Shown here piece by piece: positions 19,315 through 28,675 of a stretch of DNA of 64,000 bases. This stretch comes from Candidatus Cloacimonadota bacterium. Its GTDB lineage: Bacteria; Cloacimonadota; Cloacimonadia; Cloacimonadales; Cloacimonadaceae. The DNA lies in contig JAAYEF010000027.1 in NCBI GenBank assembly GCA_012728875.1, forward strand, positions 16,546 to 80,545, in the 5' to 3' direction. Every line of letters begins with the position of its first letter. The stretch's first letter is position 1. Below the pieces are notes generated by a model, which did not search any database, had not been told where the DNA came from, and saw nothing but the letters and a program-made list of their open reading frames with translations. A program made the translations under genes and the position numbers.

Positions 19315-19613
19315 GAGTCATCCTTTATAAATGTTGAAAGGTTCATAAAAATAATATAAGCCGGAATCGGGGGTTTGTAAAACAGGTTTTTTAGCTTGGA
19401 TTGTTTGGTGGTCAAAAACCGGCTGGGAGTCAACCTGGTTCAGGACGGGACGTTGTTCCCATTTCAATTTCTTCCACTACCATTCGTTTAACTTCTTCGC
19501 TATATCGAACTTGTGGACGTGTCTTTTTCAAAACCTCTCTCCTTAATCTGGTTTTTTGGTCAACCTATTTTAGGATGGGTCACCCCTTGCCGAAAGCGTT
19601 AATCAAGTGATCA

Positions 19614-19660
19614 TCAAGCCTTAATCAAGCGTTAATTATTAAGACTTGATTAAGGCTTGA
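19614..19660. repeat. Perfect 16-bp inverted repeat (TCAAGCCTTAATCAAG / CTTGATTAAGGCTTGA) around a 15-nt AT-rich spacer, part of a TTAATCAAG motif cluster
   Basis: Read directly from the sequence. The arms are 19614-19629 and 19645-19660. Further motif copies lie at 19599-19607 and 19656-19664. Confidence 0.85.
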
Positions 19661-19793
19661 TTAAGAAGTGATGACCGCCCTGAGACAGGGTCCGGGTTTG
19701 ATGGCCAATATCGCTCCAAAACCGGATCAACAGGGTTCATCGCCATTTTTCTTGACATTGTGGAGCCATTGAAAAACATGACGCCAATGCGGT

Positions 19794-19869
19794 GCATCTC
19801 TAGCTCAGTTGGTAGAGCAACTGACTCTTAATCAGTGGGTCCGGGGTTCGAATCCCCGGAGATGTACCA
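19794..19869 (+). tRNA. tRNA-Lys (anticodon CTT)
   Basis: Cloverleaf folded by hand. Acceptor GCATCTC/GAGATGT (one G-U pair), D arm GCTC-AGTTGGTA-GAGC, anticodon arm ACTGA-CT CTT AA-TCAGT, T arm CGGGG-TTCGAAT-CCCCG, discriminator A, encoded CCA. Confidence 0.9.
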
Positions 19870-19939
19870 TAATTTTGTTGAACGCGGTGATTTAACCTTT
19901 GCTCCGCAGAAAAAATGTGCTAAAGTTCGGTATTTATAA

Positions 19940-19967
19940 ATCCGGCTTTGGCAGCCGGATTTTTTTT
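19940..19967 (+). terminator. Rho-independent terminator downstream of tRNA-Lys
   Basis: 8-bp stem ATCCGGCT/AGCCGGAT with a 5-nt loop, followed by T8. Confidence 0.6.
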
Positions 19968-20017
19968 ATGCGGGGCAAAGTCACCTGAAAAGAGATTAAA
20001 AAAACAAGGAGAATAAA

Positions 20018-21193
20018 ATGACTGCCTTGCACGCTCCCGTGCCCTGCGACAAAAACGAATACGTTTTCACCTCCGAATCTGTTTCCGAGGGACATCCAGA
20101 CAAGGTTTGCGACCAGATCTCGGATGCCATTTTGGACGCCTATCTGCAGGAAGACCCGTATGCCCGGGTTGCCTGCGAAACCCTGGCCACCACATACAGG
20201 GTGGTGCTTTCCGGTGAGGTTTCCACTACCAAAAACATCGAACTGGACGTGGAACCCATAGTCCGCAAGGTGATTTCCGACATCGGCTACGTGGTGCCAA
20301 ACCAAGGTTTCGATGCACAAAGCTGCAAGATCGAAAACCTCTTGCACGCGCAATCGGTTGAACTGCAAACCAACGAAGGTGCCGGCGACCAAGGCCTGAT
20401 GTTCGGCTATGCCTGCAATCAGACCAAATATTCGATGCCGGTGCCCATTGCGATGTCTCACCTGCTGATGCAAAACCTTGCCAAAGCTCGCAAAGACGGA
20501 ACTATTCCCGGATTGCTGCCGGATGCCAAATCCCAAGTGAGCATGCGCTATTGCGGACGCAGGCCTTCCGCATTGGAAACCGTGGTTATTTCCACACACC
20601 ACTTTCCTAAAAATGAAGCCGAGTTTGCCCAGATGAAGGATTTGATCGAAAACTTGGTGATCAAACCAACGGTGGAAGAGCTGGAAAGTGACTCCTGCAG
20701 CAGCTTCCACGCTGGTGATTATGAGATCAAGATCAACCCCCGCGGGATGTGGGAACACGGTGGTCCGGCGGCGGATACAGGCCTCACCGGGCGCAAGATC
20801 ATTGTGGACACCTATGGCGGCTGGGCTCAGCATGGCGGCGGCGCTTTTTCCGGAAAAGACGCCACCAAGGTTGACCGCAGCGCCACCTACATGGCTCGTC
20901 ACATCGCAAAAAGCGTGGTGGAATCCTCTTTGGCGGATGAATGCCTGGTCCAGCTAAGCTTTGTGATCGGCGAAAGCGAGCCGGTTTCGCTGATGGCGGA
21001 GACTTTTGGCAGCGGCAGGATCTCGGATCAGGAACTGGAAAAACTCATTCGCAGCAGTTTTCCCTTGACAGTTAAAGGAATCATCGATTACCTTGATCTG
21101 AGAAGGCCCATCTTCCTTCCCACCGCATCATACGGTCACTTTGGGCGCGAAGAAGCAAACTTCAGCTGGGAGAGAACCAAGCCTTTAAAATAG
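20018..21193 (+). CDS. metK: S-adenosylmethionine synthetase
   Basis: 391 aa. SESVSEGHPDKVCDQISDA, GAGDQGLMFGYA and GGGAFSGKDATKVDRSA motifs. AAGGAG RBS upstream. Confidence 0.95.
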   Translation: MTALHAPVPCDKNEYVFTSESVSEGHPDKVCDQISDAILDAYLQEDPYARVACETLATTYRVVLSGEVSTTKNIELDVEPIVRKVISDIGYVVPNQGFDAQSCKIENLLHAQSVELQTNEGAGDQGLMFGYACNQTKYSMPVPIAMSHLLMQNLAKARKDGTIPGLLPDAKSQVSMRYCGRRPSALETVVISTHHFPKNEAEFAQMKDLIENLVIKPTVEELESDSCSSFHAGDYEIKINPRGMWEHGGPAADTGLTGRKIIVDTYGGWAQHGGGAFSGKDATKVDRSATYMARHIAKSVVESSLADECLVQLSFVIGESEPVSLMAETFGSGRISDQELEKLIRSSFPLTVKGIIDYLDLRRPIFLPTASYGHFGREEANFSWERTKPLK

Positions 21194-21230
21194 AAGACGC
21201 GGCGGTTTTGCCGGAACCTGCATGATGTAA

Positions 21231-21285
21231 AAAAGTCCGCTTTGAAAAGGCGGCGGGACCGCCCCTTTGCAAAGGACTTTTGATG
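21231..21285 (+). terminator. Long imperfect hairpin after metK (probable terminator)
   Basis: AAAAGTCC...GGACTTTT outer stem enclosing GGCGG-CGGGA-CCGCC, followed by TTTTG. The T tract is short. Confidence 0.4.
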
Positions 21286-21311
21286 ATTGAAACCATATTT
21301 TGGAGGTTTAG

Positions 21312-21869
21312 ATGAGCCACGACAAGCTGGGGAAGCCCACAAAGCCCTTGGTGCGCTGGGAAAAAATCAAGCTTTTGGCTTTCGACTGCGACGGGGTTTT
21401 GACCGATGGCAGGATAATCTATGACAGCGCCGGAGTCGAGAGCAAGAATTTCAGCGCCCAGGACGGCATGGGTTTTATGCTGCTTTGGGGTACAGACATC
21501 CAAACCGCAGTGATCACGGGGCGCGAGTCAAGTTTGCTTCAGCGCCGCTGCGATGATCTGAAGGTTCCTCATCTTTTCCAAAAAATCCCCAATAAATTGA
21601 AGGTCGCCGAAGAGCTCTTGAAAGATCTGGGATTTGGCTTTAACAACATGCTTTTCATGGGCGACGACTGGAACGACATTCCGCTGATGCAGCGCGCGGC
21701 GGTGTCGGTTTGCCCCGCCAACGCACCAAACAGCGTGAAAGCGCTTTGCGACATTGTTACAAATGCCGGTGGCGGTCACGGGGCGGTTCGGGAATGCATT
21801 GAATATGTGCTTGTGCAAAAAGGCATCTTTGATGAAGCCGTGCTCAAATATCTGGCGCGGATCAGTTAA
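21312..21869 (+). CDS. kdsC: KDO 8-phosphate phosphatase (HAD superfamily)
   Basis: FDCDGVLTDG (HAD motif I) and GDDWNDIPLM (motif IV). Positioned directly upstream of the lptC/A/B genes, as in proteobacteria. Confidence 0.8.
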   Translation: MSHDKLGKPTKPLVRWEKIKLLAFDCDGVLTDGRIIYDSAGVESKNFSAQDGMGFMLLWGTDIQTAVITGRESSLLQRRCDDLKVPHLFQKIPNKLKVAEELLKDLGFGFNNMLFMGDDWNDIPLMQRAAVSVCPANAPNSVKALCDIVTNAGGGHGAVRECIEYVLVQKGIFDEAVLKYLARIS

Positions 21870-22395
21870 GCTGCTGCCGCTTTTGAGCCTGCTTCTGCTT
21901 TTTGCCTGCGGTGAAGGTAGTTTGGACAGCGTGACCGACCAGATGAAACGCGGGGTTCCAGACGAAAGCAGCCTGAACGTGAGCATTTCCGAATATAACG
22001 GCAAAAAGCTGTCCTTCGTTTTGAAGGCGGGGCGCATCGACCGCTGGAACGACAAGCGCATCATGCATGCCTACAAGGTGGATATCACCAGCTTCGACAG
22101 CGAGGGAGGCACATCCAGCCTGAAGGCAGACAGCACCATTGTGGACGACGCACGCAACATGGTCTTTGCCTATGGAAATGTGAAACTGGTGGGAAAAGAA
22201 GGCATCGTGAGCAGCCAGCGCCTGATTTGGGATCGCAATACGGATGCGGTCACGGCACCGGATGCGGTCACACTGACCAAGGGCACTAACGTATTGCGGG
22301 GCAGAAACCTGCGCACCACACTCAGCATCTATCCCACAGAAATGGATGATATTTCCGCCGAGGGCTTCTTTGAAGAAAGCATTTTTGATTGGTAG
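21832..22395 (+). CDS. lptC: LptC-like LPS export protein (lipoprotein-type signal)
   Basis: The internal ATG at 21832 gives MKPCSNIWRGSVKLLPLLSLLLLFAC. Size (~187 aa) and position between kdsC and lptA fit LptC. The sequence itself is not diagnostic. Confidence 0.5.
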   Translation: MKPCSNIWRGSVKLLPLLSLLLLFACGEGSLDSVTDQMKRGVPDESSLNVSISEYNGKKLSFVLKAGRIDRWNDKRIMHAYKVDITSFDSEGGTSSLKADSTIVDDARNMVFAYGNVKLVGKEGIVSSQRLIWDRNTDAVTAPDAVTLTKGTNVLRGRNLRTTLSIYPTEMDDISAEGFFEESIFDW

Positions 22396-23446
22396 CCTGC
22401 TCTTGGCGGCTGTTTTTCTCTTGGCACAGGGTCACGAGAAGATTCGCGTGATCCACTCCGACAAGCTGCAACTCACCAAAATGCAGGATGAGCAGGTGAT
22501 GAAGCTGGAAGGGCGGGTGCATTTTTGGTATGGAAAGACGGAATTCAAGGCGGACAGAGCGCTGATCTTTGATCTGCAAAAGATTGCCCGGCTGGATGGA
22601 AATGTGAAGGTGAGCAACGATTCGCTCAGCATTGCGGCGGATAGTTTGACATATTATCGCAAGGTTGAGCAGTTGAATGCCGGCGGCAGGGTTTTGATCG
22701 AGGAAAAAAAGAAGGGAACGGTGATGCGCTGGTTTCGAGCCGACAAAGCGGTTTATGACCAGCTTCACAACAGCGTAACAGTTTGGGAAAACGTGAGTTC
22801 CCACGACAGGGAGGAAAATGCTGACATCACCTGCGGATATGCGTTTTGGGATCGGAAAACCCGTTACAGCTACCTGGTTGAGGAGCCTTTGATCCACATT
22901 GCCGGGAAAGACACCCTGACCGTGAGGGCGGATAAATTTGAGTATTTTCAAACTGAACGGAAGCTGATGGCCACCTTCAACGTGTTGGTTCAAACCGGGG
23001 AATTTGAGGCCAGCAGCGACTTTTTGGTCTATCTGATGAATGAAGACAAGGCGATGTTCATCGGCCAGCCAGAGTTTCGTTCCGACAAAGCTATCGCAAG
23101 TGCAGGAGAGTTTTACCTCTATTTTCAAGACCGCGTGCTCCAGACAGCGGAACTGATTGACAGCTGCAGGCTGGATTTTACGGAAAATGAGGATCAACAC
23201 AGGCAAAACTGGGTGACGGCAGACTATATCAGGGTGGCTTTTGAAGACAGGCAAATACGCGGATTCGAGGCGGAGAAGTCTGTTGAATACAGCTATTTGC
23301 GGGAAAAGAGCGAAGATCGGGACTATTTTTTGAATACAGCCGCAGGAGAAAACCTGGAAGCCAGTTTTTCGGATAAAAGCGAACTGGAGACGATGAAAAT
23401 GCGTTCCCGCATCAAGGGCGTTTACAAGTTTCACAAAGACTCTTGA
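22346..23446 (+). CDS. lptA: OstA/LptA-family periplasmic LPS transport protein (duplicated OstA-like repeats)
   Basis: Signal peptide (KKAFLIGSLLLAAVFLLAQG). Repetitive beta-jellyroll-like segments (HSDKLQL..., ADKAVYD..., RADKFEY...). Sits upstream of lptB. TTG at 22370 with GAGGG upstream is an alternative start. Confidence 0.6.
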   Translation: MIFPPRASLKKAFLIGSLLLAAVFLLAQGHEKIRVIHSDKLQLTKMQDEQVMKLEGRVHFWYGKTEFKADRALIFDLQKIARLDGNVKVSNDSLSIAADSLTYYRKVEQLNAGGRVLIEEKKKGTVMRWFRADKAVYDQLHNSVTVWENVSSHDREENADITCGYAFWDRKTRYSYLVEEPLIHIAGKDTLTVRADKFEYFQTERKLMATFNVLVQTGEFEASSDFLVYLMNEDKAMFIGQPEFRSDKAIASAGEFYLYFQDRVLQTAELIDSCRLDFTENEDQHRQNWVTADYIRVAFEDRQIRGFEAEKSVEYSYLREKSEDRDYFLNTAAGENLEASFSDKSELETMKMRSRIKGVYKFHKDS

Positions 23447-23476
23447 CAATGATGGATTTTCGGATATTTTAAAGAT

Positions 23477-24226
23477 ATGGAAGCGCGGAAGATCCAGGCG
23501 AAAAACTTGGTTAAGATATATGGTCGACGCAAAGTGGTCGATGACTTGAGCATGGAAATGCTTCAGGGAGAAGTGGTTGGGATCCTGGGTCCCAACGGCG
23601 CCGGCAAAACCACCACCTTTTACATGATCCTGGGTCTGGCAAAACCGAACATGGGCAAGGTTTGGCTGGACGGTAAAGACATCACCCGGCTTCCCATGTA
23701 TCGCCGTGCCAGGCTGGGTTTGGGCTATCTGGCGCAGGCTCCCTCCATTTTTGCCAAGCTCACCGTCAAACAAAACATCATGGCGATTCTGGAAACCTTG
23801 AAAATAAGCCGCGCCGAACGCAAGCTTCGTTTGGAAAGCGCTTTGGAAGAGCTCAATCTCACCACCCTCGCAAATCAAAAGGCCTACACCCTTTCCGGAG
23901 GTGAGCGCCGAAAGCTGGAAATCACACGCTCGCTGGTTACAAACCCCACCTTCATTTTCATGGATGAACCCTTTGCGGGAGTGGATCCCATCGCCGTGGC
24001 GGACATTCAGGACATCATTGCCAAACTGCGGCAGAAAAACATCGGCGTGATGCTCACCGACCACAACGTGATCGAGACTTTGAAAATAGTGAACCGGGCT
24101 TATATTATCTTTGAAGGAAAGATCATTGTTTCCGGTTCATCCGTGGAACTGATCAACGACGAAAAAGCCCGGAAGCTTTATCTGGGCGAACGGTTTATGT
24201 CCAACCCATTCGAGACGCAGCAATGA
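23477..24226 (+). CDS. lptB: LPS export ABC transporter ATP-binding protein
   Basis: GPNGAGKTTTFYM, LSGGERRKLEI and FMDEPFAGVDP motifs. 249 aa. Confidence 0.9.
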   Translation: MEARKIQAKNLVKIYGRRKVVDDLSMEMLQGEVVGILGPNGAGKTTTFYMILGLAKPNMGKVWLDGKDITRLPMYRRARLGLGYLAQAPSIFAKLTVKQNIMAILETLKISRAERKLRLESALEELNLTTLANQKAYTLSGGERRKLEITRSLVTNPTFIFMDEPFAGVDPIAVADIQDIIAKLRQKNIGVMLTDHNVIETLKIVNRAYIIFEGKIIVSGSSVELINDEKARKLYLGERFMSNPFETQQ

Positions 24227-25671
24227 GAACTATGGATCAACATCTTGGCCTGAAACAAAAGCAGGAACTGGCGCTGAAGCCAAAGATGCTCCAATCCTTG
24301 AAAATGCTTGCCCTGCCCATTTTGGAACTGGAGGCATACATCAAGCAGGAATTGGAGCAAAACCCGCTTTTGGAACTGCGTGAGGAAAAGGAAGACGATC
24401 CGGAAAGCCTTGAAACACAGGAACAAGAGGACAAGGAAAGCATCGACGATGAGGACGAGGACGAGGATCTGGGCAAAACCCTGAATGAGGCCAGGGAACT
24501 TACCGAGATTCTGGATCAGTGGAACGATTATCATCAAAGTTACGAAGGGCGTCGCGAAGAACCGGAACAGGATCAGAAGGAATCCTTCATCCGCTATGAA
24601 GAGGACGGAAAGGAAAAGCTTTTGCGCCAGCTCTATCCACTTTCCCTGCCCGACAACGAGGTGGAGTTCATCTCCGAACTCTTGGACAGTTGCGATATCT
24701 ATGGCTTTTTGCCGGAAAACATCAGTCTGGTAAAGGTGGCGCGTCAATTTGGCATCGGCGCCAGACGTGCCGAGGAACTGCACCGCATCGTTTTGCAGCT
24801 TGAGCCCAGGGGCATCACAGCCAGAAACATCAGCGAATGTCTGCTGGCGCAGTTGGCGGAAGATCAATTGCAAAACCGCATCTTGGTTGGGCTCTGTGAC
24901 GATCAATTTGACAATCTCATCCACCGGCGCTTCCAAAAGCTGGCTTCCCATTTTGGCGTGGGGGAGGATCACATCCTTGCCATGCGTGACATCATTGCCA
25001 AGCTTGACCCCAAGCCGGGTTTGCGCATTCTCTCCGCCAGCACAAACTATGTGTATCCGGATATTTCCATCAAAAAGATCGATGATCGCTTTGAAGTGAT
25101 CATTAACGACAGCATCAGCCCGAACATTGTGATCAGTTCGCGCTACAGGCGGATGATCAACCGCAGCCGTTTTGACCGCGACACCCTGAGGTTTGTGCGC
25201 GACCGCATCAACAGCGCCAAGTTTCTCTTGAAAAGCATATATATGCGCACCCGCACCTTGGAAAGGGTGGCGCATTCCATCATCAAACACCAACCGGATT
25301 TCTTTGCCCGCGGAAATGGGCTCATCCAGCCGCTCACCTACGCTGTGATCGCGCAGGACCTGGGTGTTAGCGAATCCACCATTTCCCGCGTGGTGAAACA
25401 TAAATATGCAGACACGCCATACGGCATGCGCGGGCTGAAGGACTTTTTCAGCAGCACCGCCGGCATGGATAGAAATTTTGAAGGTATTTCCCGTCAGCAC
25501 GTGAAAACCAGGCTGATCTGCCTGATCGACAACGAAGATAAAAGCAGCCCCCTCAGCGACCAGGAATTGGTTGAACTTCTTGCAGAGGAAGGGCTTACGA
25601 TCTCAAGGCGCATAGTTGCCAAATATCGGGCGGAACTGGGGATCCTTAACAGTCGCCTGCGCAGGCAATAA
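24223..25671 (+). CDS. rpoN: RNA polymerase sigma-54 factor
   Basis: 482 aa. Glutamine/acidic N-terminal region, a C-terminal HTH and an RpoN box (ISRRIVAKYR). ATGA overlap with lptB. Confidence 0.9.
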   Translation: MRTMDQHLGLKQKQELALKPKMLQSLKMLALPILELEAYIKQELEQNPLLELREEKEDDPESLETQEQEDKESIDDEDEDEDLGKTLNEARELTEILDQWNDYHQSYEGRREEPEQDQKESFIRYEEDGKEKLLRQLYPLSLPDNEVEFISELLDSCDIYGFLPENISLVKVARQFGIGARRAEELHRIVLQLEPRGITARNISECLLAQLAEDQLQNRILVGLCDDQFDNLIHRRFQKLASHFGVGEDHILAMRDIIAKLDPKPGLRILSASTNYVYPDISIKKIDDRFEVIINDSISPNIVISSRYRRMINRSRFDRDTLRFVRDRINSAKFLLKSIYMRTRTLERVAHSIIKHQPDFFARGNGLIQPLTYAVIAQDLGVSESTISRVVKHKYADTPYGMRGLKDFFSSTAGMDRNFEGISRQHVKTRLICLIDNEDKSSPLSDQELVELLAEEGLTISRRIVAKYRAELGILNSRLRRQ

Positions 25672-25681
25672 GGAGGTTTAT

Positions 25682-27082
25682 TTGTTCGACCGTGAAGTTT
25701 TAATCATTGGAGGTGGACCGGGAGGCTATGAAACTGCCATCCGCCTCGACCAGTATGGAATCAACGTTGCAGTTATGGAAATGAAGCGCCTGGGCGGGGT
25801 CTGCCTGAACGAAGGCTGCATCCCCACCAAGGCATTGGTGAAAAGCTCCGAGCTTTATTCCGAAATGCGCACAGCTCCGGAATTTGGTTTCCCCGAAATG
25901 AGCCCTAGCCTGGATTACAAGCTCATCCATGCCCGCAAGAATGCCATCGTGGAACAGCTTGTGAGCGGCGTGGAATTCCTTTTCAAAAAGCGCGAAATCC
26001 CCGTTATTGCAGAGAAAGCCGTCAGTGTTGCGCCATTTGGCGAAGGCTGGGAAGTGAAGACCGAGTCCGGAACCGCTGTCAAAGCACGCTTTTTGATCCT
26101 GGCGACGGGCTCGTTGCCCAAGGAACTGCCCGGAATTGCCATCGATGAGGTGAATGTACTTTCCTCCACGGGGCTTCTGGCTTTGGAAAGCCTGCCCAAA
26201 AGTTTGGCGGTGGTGGGCGGCGGCGTGATTGGCTGTGAGTTTGCCTCCATCTTGAACAGCTTTGGAGTACAGACTCAGATCATTGAATTTTTGCCGCGCA
26301 TTGTGGCAAACGAAGATGAGGAAATGAGCAAACGTCTCACCATGGCGCTCAAAAAAGCCGGGGTCAAGATCAGCACGAAGGTGGGTGTGCAAAAAGTCAC
26401 TCCGCAGGATGGCAGTTGCGAACTGGAACTCACCGACGGCAGCAAGCTGAATTTTGAAAAAGTGTTGATGAGCGTGGGACGCGCTCCCCGCATGGAGCTT
26501 GAATGGCAGCAAGCGGCTCCTGAGATGGAAGCCGGCGCGGTCAAGATCGATGAATTCATGCGCAGCAGCCTGCCCGGCATCTATGCCATTGGCGACCTCA
26601 CTGGCAAGATGCCTCTGGCTCATACCGCCAGCAAACAGGGCATGATTGCCTCCGCCCACATCAAGGGCATCATCCAAGGCGATCAGCCCGAAATTCCGGC
26701 TCTGGACTACATTCAAATTCCGCGCGTGACCTTCACCATGCCAGAACTTGCCTCCGTTGGCTACACAGAGGCTGAGGCCAAGGAAAAATTCGGCGAAATC
26801 AAGGTGGGAAAATTCCCTTACAGTGCAAACGGCAAGGCTTTGGCGATGAGCGGAACCTTCGGTTTGGTGAAAACCATTGCCCGGGCGGATGATTCCAAGC
26901 TGCTCGGCATGCACATCTTGGGGCTCAACGCCGCTGAATTGATCGCTCAGGGCGCCATTCTCATCTCGCTGGGAGCAAAGGCCGAAGCCGTAGAAAGCAT
27001 CACCTTTGCCCATCCCACCCTGTCCGAAACCATCAAGGAATCACTTGAAGATTTACAAAATATGTCCATAAATAAAATCTAA
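25682..27082 (+). CDS. lpdA: Dihydrolipoyl dehydrogenase
   Basis: GGGPGGYETA FAD motif, redox-active GGVCLNEGCIPTK, second dinucleotide fold VVGGGVIGCEFA, C-terminal HAHPTLSE-type motif (FAHPTLSE). TTG at 25682 lies 5 nt after AGGAGG; the longer track ORF overlaps rpoN. Confidence 0.9.
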   Translation: MFDREVLIIGGGPGGYETAIRLDQYGINVAVMEMKRLGGVCLNEGCIPTKALVKSSELYSEMRTAPEFGFPEMSPSLDYKLIHARKNAIVEQLVSGVEFLFKKREIPVIAEKAVSVAPFGEGWEVKTESGTAVKARFLILATGSLPKELPGIAIDEVNVLSSTGLLALESLPKSLAVVGGGVIGCEFASILNSFGVQTQIIEFLPRIVANEDEEMSKRLTMALKKAGVKISTKVGVQKVTPQDGSCELELTDGSKLNFEKVLMSVGRAPRMELEWQQAAPEMEAGAVKIDEFMRSSLPGIYAIGDLTGKMPLAHTASKQGMIASAHIKGIIQGDQPEIPALDYIQIPRVTFTMPELASVGYTEAEAKEKFGEIKVGKFPYSANGKALAMSGTFGLVKTIARADDSKLLGMHILGLNAAELIAQGAILISLGAKAEAVESITFAHPTLSETIKESLEDLQNMSINKI

Positions 27083-27099
27083 GAAAGGAGGAATCACAC

Positions 27100-27636
27100 A
27101 TGCAGATCACGATCACAGCCCGCAATTTCGAACTCACGAAGGCTATCAGGGACTATGTTGAATCATCGTGCCTGAAGATCAAAAGGTATTTTGACCACAT
27201 CATTGCCGTCCATGTAACCCTATCTTTGGAAAGCAGCCGCAACGTCTGCGAAATTTCGTTGCAGGCTTCCAGATTCGGCTTGCAAAGCCAAGCGGAGGAA
27301 ATGGACATGTATCTTTCCATCGACACCGCTCTGGACAGGATGGAAGCTCAGGTCAAAAAGCTGAAAGACCGTGTGACCGACCACCAAAAACGTGCACTGA
27401 AAGACCAATTCAGGGATTTTTCGCGCGAATCAGATCTTTTCGTAAACTTGGAAAACAAAGCCCACAAAACCGTCAAAACCAAACGTGCTGTGGCGGAAGC
27501 CCTCTCAGTCGAGGAAGCCATGGAAAAAATAGACAATCAAAAGGAAGAATTCCTCATCTTCAAAAATGTGGAGACCGATCGCCTCAACGTTTTGGTGAGA
27601 AGAGACAGCCAAAACTATAAATTGATAGAACCTTAA
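27100..27636 (+). CDS. hpf: Ribosome hibernation promoting factor (long form)
   Basis: MQITITARNFELTKAIRDYVE N-terminus typical of HPF/RaiA. 178 aa with a C-terminal dimerisation extension. AAGGAGG RBS upstream. Confidence 0.85.
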   Translation: MQITITARNFELTKAIRDYVESSCLKIKRYFDHIIAVHVTLSLESSRNVCEISLQASRFGLQSQAEEMDMYLSIDTALDRMEAQVKKLKDRVTDHQKRALKDQFRDFSRESDLFVNLENKAHKTVKTKRAVAEALSVEEAMEKIDNQKEEFLIFKNVETDRLNVLVRRDSQNYKLIEP

Positions 27637-27697
27637 ATTAAAAGCCCCAGGCTGCCGGACTTGGGTTCGGCAGCCTCGGTGGGCTGAAGGAGTGTCC

Positions 27698-28675
27698 ATG
27701 AAATCCATCAGCATCCGAGAATTTTTCGACACGAAGAAAAAAGACTTCGCGCTATCCTTGGTGACCGAGCCGGAAACCCTGGACAAGACGCTTACTTCTG
27801 CCCACATCAGCCGTCCCGGTCTGGCACTTTCCGGCTATCTGGATTTCTTTTCCAGCGAATGCATCCAGGTTTTCGGGGAAGTGGAGGTGCGCTATCTGCA
27901 AAGCCTGCCAGAAGATACGATGCTGGAGCGAGCTCGTTCGCTTTTCAAGCTGGACATCCCCTGCATCATCGTGACCAAGGGGCTTTCCCTGCCGCCCATT
28001 TTGGAGTATCTGGGCAACGATCTCAACATTCCCATCATTTCCAGCCGTTTTACCACGGCGCAGCTCATCGCTCAGTTGCTTCGCTATTTGCAGTATGTTT
28101 TTGCCCCTGAAAAGAAGATCCACGCCACCTTGGTGGATGTGTTTGGCTTGGGCATCCTGCTTTCGGGAAAGAGCGGCATTGGAAAAAGCGAATGCGCGCT
28201 CGATCTCATCCAGCGCGGACACAGCCTGGTGGCGGACGACATGATTGCCATCAAGGTCTTGGATGAACAGCTGGTGGGAAAAACCGCCCGAGATTTTGGT
28301 CACTTCATGGAGATCCGCGGCGTGGGGTTCATCAATGTGGAACGCATGTTCGGGGTTGAACGCGTACGCAAGCAAAAGAACATCGATCTCCAGATCGAAC
28401 TGATGCCCTGGCAGGACAATCTGGATTATGAACGGGTGGGTTTGGTCACAAACTTTGCCGACCACCTTGGCTTCAAGGTTCCCATCATCTATCTGCCCAT
28501 CTCGCCGGGTAAAAATGTGTCCGTAATCGTGGAAGTGGCTGCCAAAAACATGATCCTGAAAGGCGGCGGCTACGACGCTGCAGAAGATTTCAACCGCCAG
28601 CTTCACGACGAGATTCGCAAACAAACCCTCATCAAATCAGGCTCCGGCGGCCCGAATGCGCCAAATAAAGATTAA
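27698..28675 (+). CDS. hprK: HPr kinase/phosphorylase
   Basis: Walker A GKSGIGKSECALDL, then LVADD and EIRGVG motifs. ATG at 27698 is preceded by GAAGGAG; the track lists GTG at 27692. Confidence 0.9.
   Translation: MKSISIREFFDTKKKDFALSLVTEPETLDKTLTSAHISRPGLALSGYLDFFSSECIQVFGEVEVRYLQSLPEDTMLERARSLFKLDIPCIIVTKGLSLPPILEYLGNDLNIPIISSRFTTAQLIAQLLRYLQYVFAPEKKIHATLVDVFGLGILLSGKSGIGKSECALDLIQRGHSLVADDMIAIKVLDEQLVGKTARDFGHFMEIRGVGFINVERMFGVERVRKQKNIDLQIELMPWQDNLDYERVGLVTNFADHLGFKVPIIYLPISPGKNVSVIVEVAAKNMILKGGGYDAAEDFNRQLHDEIRKQTLIKSGSGGPNAPNKD

Noticed and set aside
19431-19532. Possible remnant of an IS3-family transposase OrfA N-terminus on the minus strand. The peptide KKTRPQVRY then, in the +1 frame, EEVKRMVVEEIEMG resembles the K-rich/YSxEFK...V HTH start, and AAGGAGAGAGG lies upstream.
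   Set aside because: It requires a frameshift at about 19500, covers only ~30 residues, and ends in stops in both frames. No terminal inverted repeats or the rest of a transposase are present. This is too little to call a mobile-element scar without a database search.
19401-19610. 69-aa plus-strand ORF in the GNAT/tRNA-Lys intergenic region.
   Set aside because: It has a TTG start without an RBS, odd composition, no motif, and codon usage unlike the neighbouring genes. It is probably non-coding.
19752-19757. TTGACA hexamer upstream of tRNA-Lys, considered as a -35 element. Similar isolated TTGAC(A/T) hexamers occur at about 8791, 32123 and 58912.
   Set aside because: No acceptable -10 hexamer lies at a 16-18 nt spacing in any of these cases, and the promoter consensus of this lineage is unknown. 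They are not reported as promoters.
19870-20017. Looked for a SAM riboswitch in the metK leader.
   Set aside because: The 148-nt interval contains only the tRNA terminator hairpin and an A-rich leader. None of the conserved SAM-I/SAM-II core sequences are recognisable.
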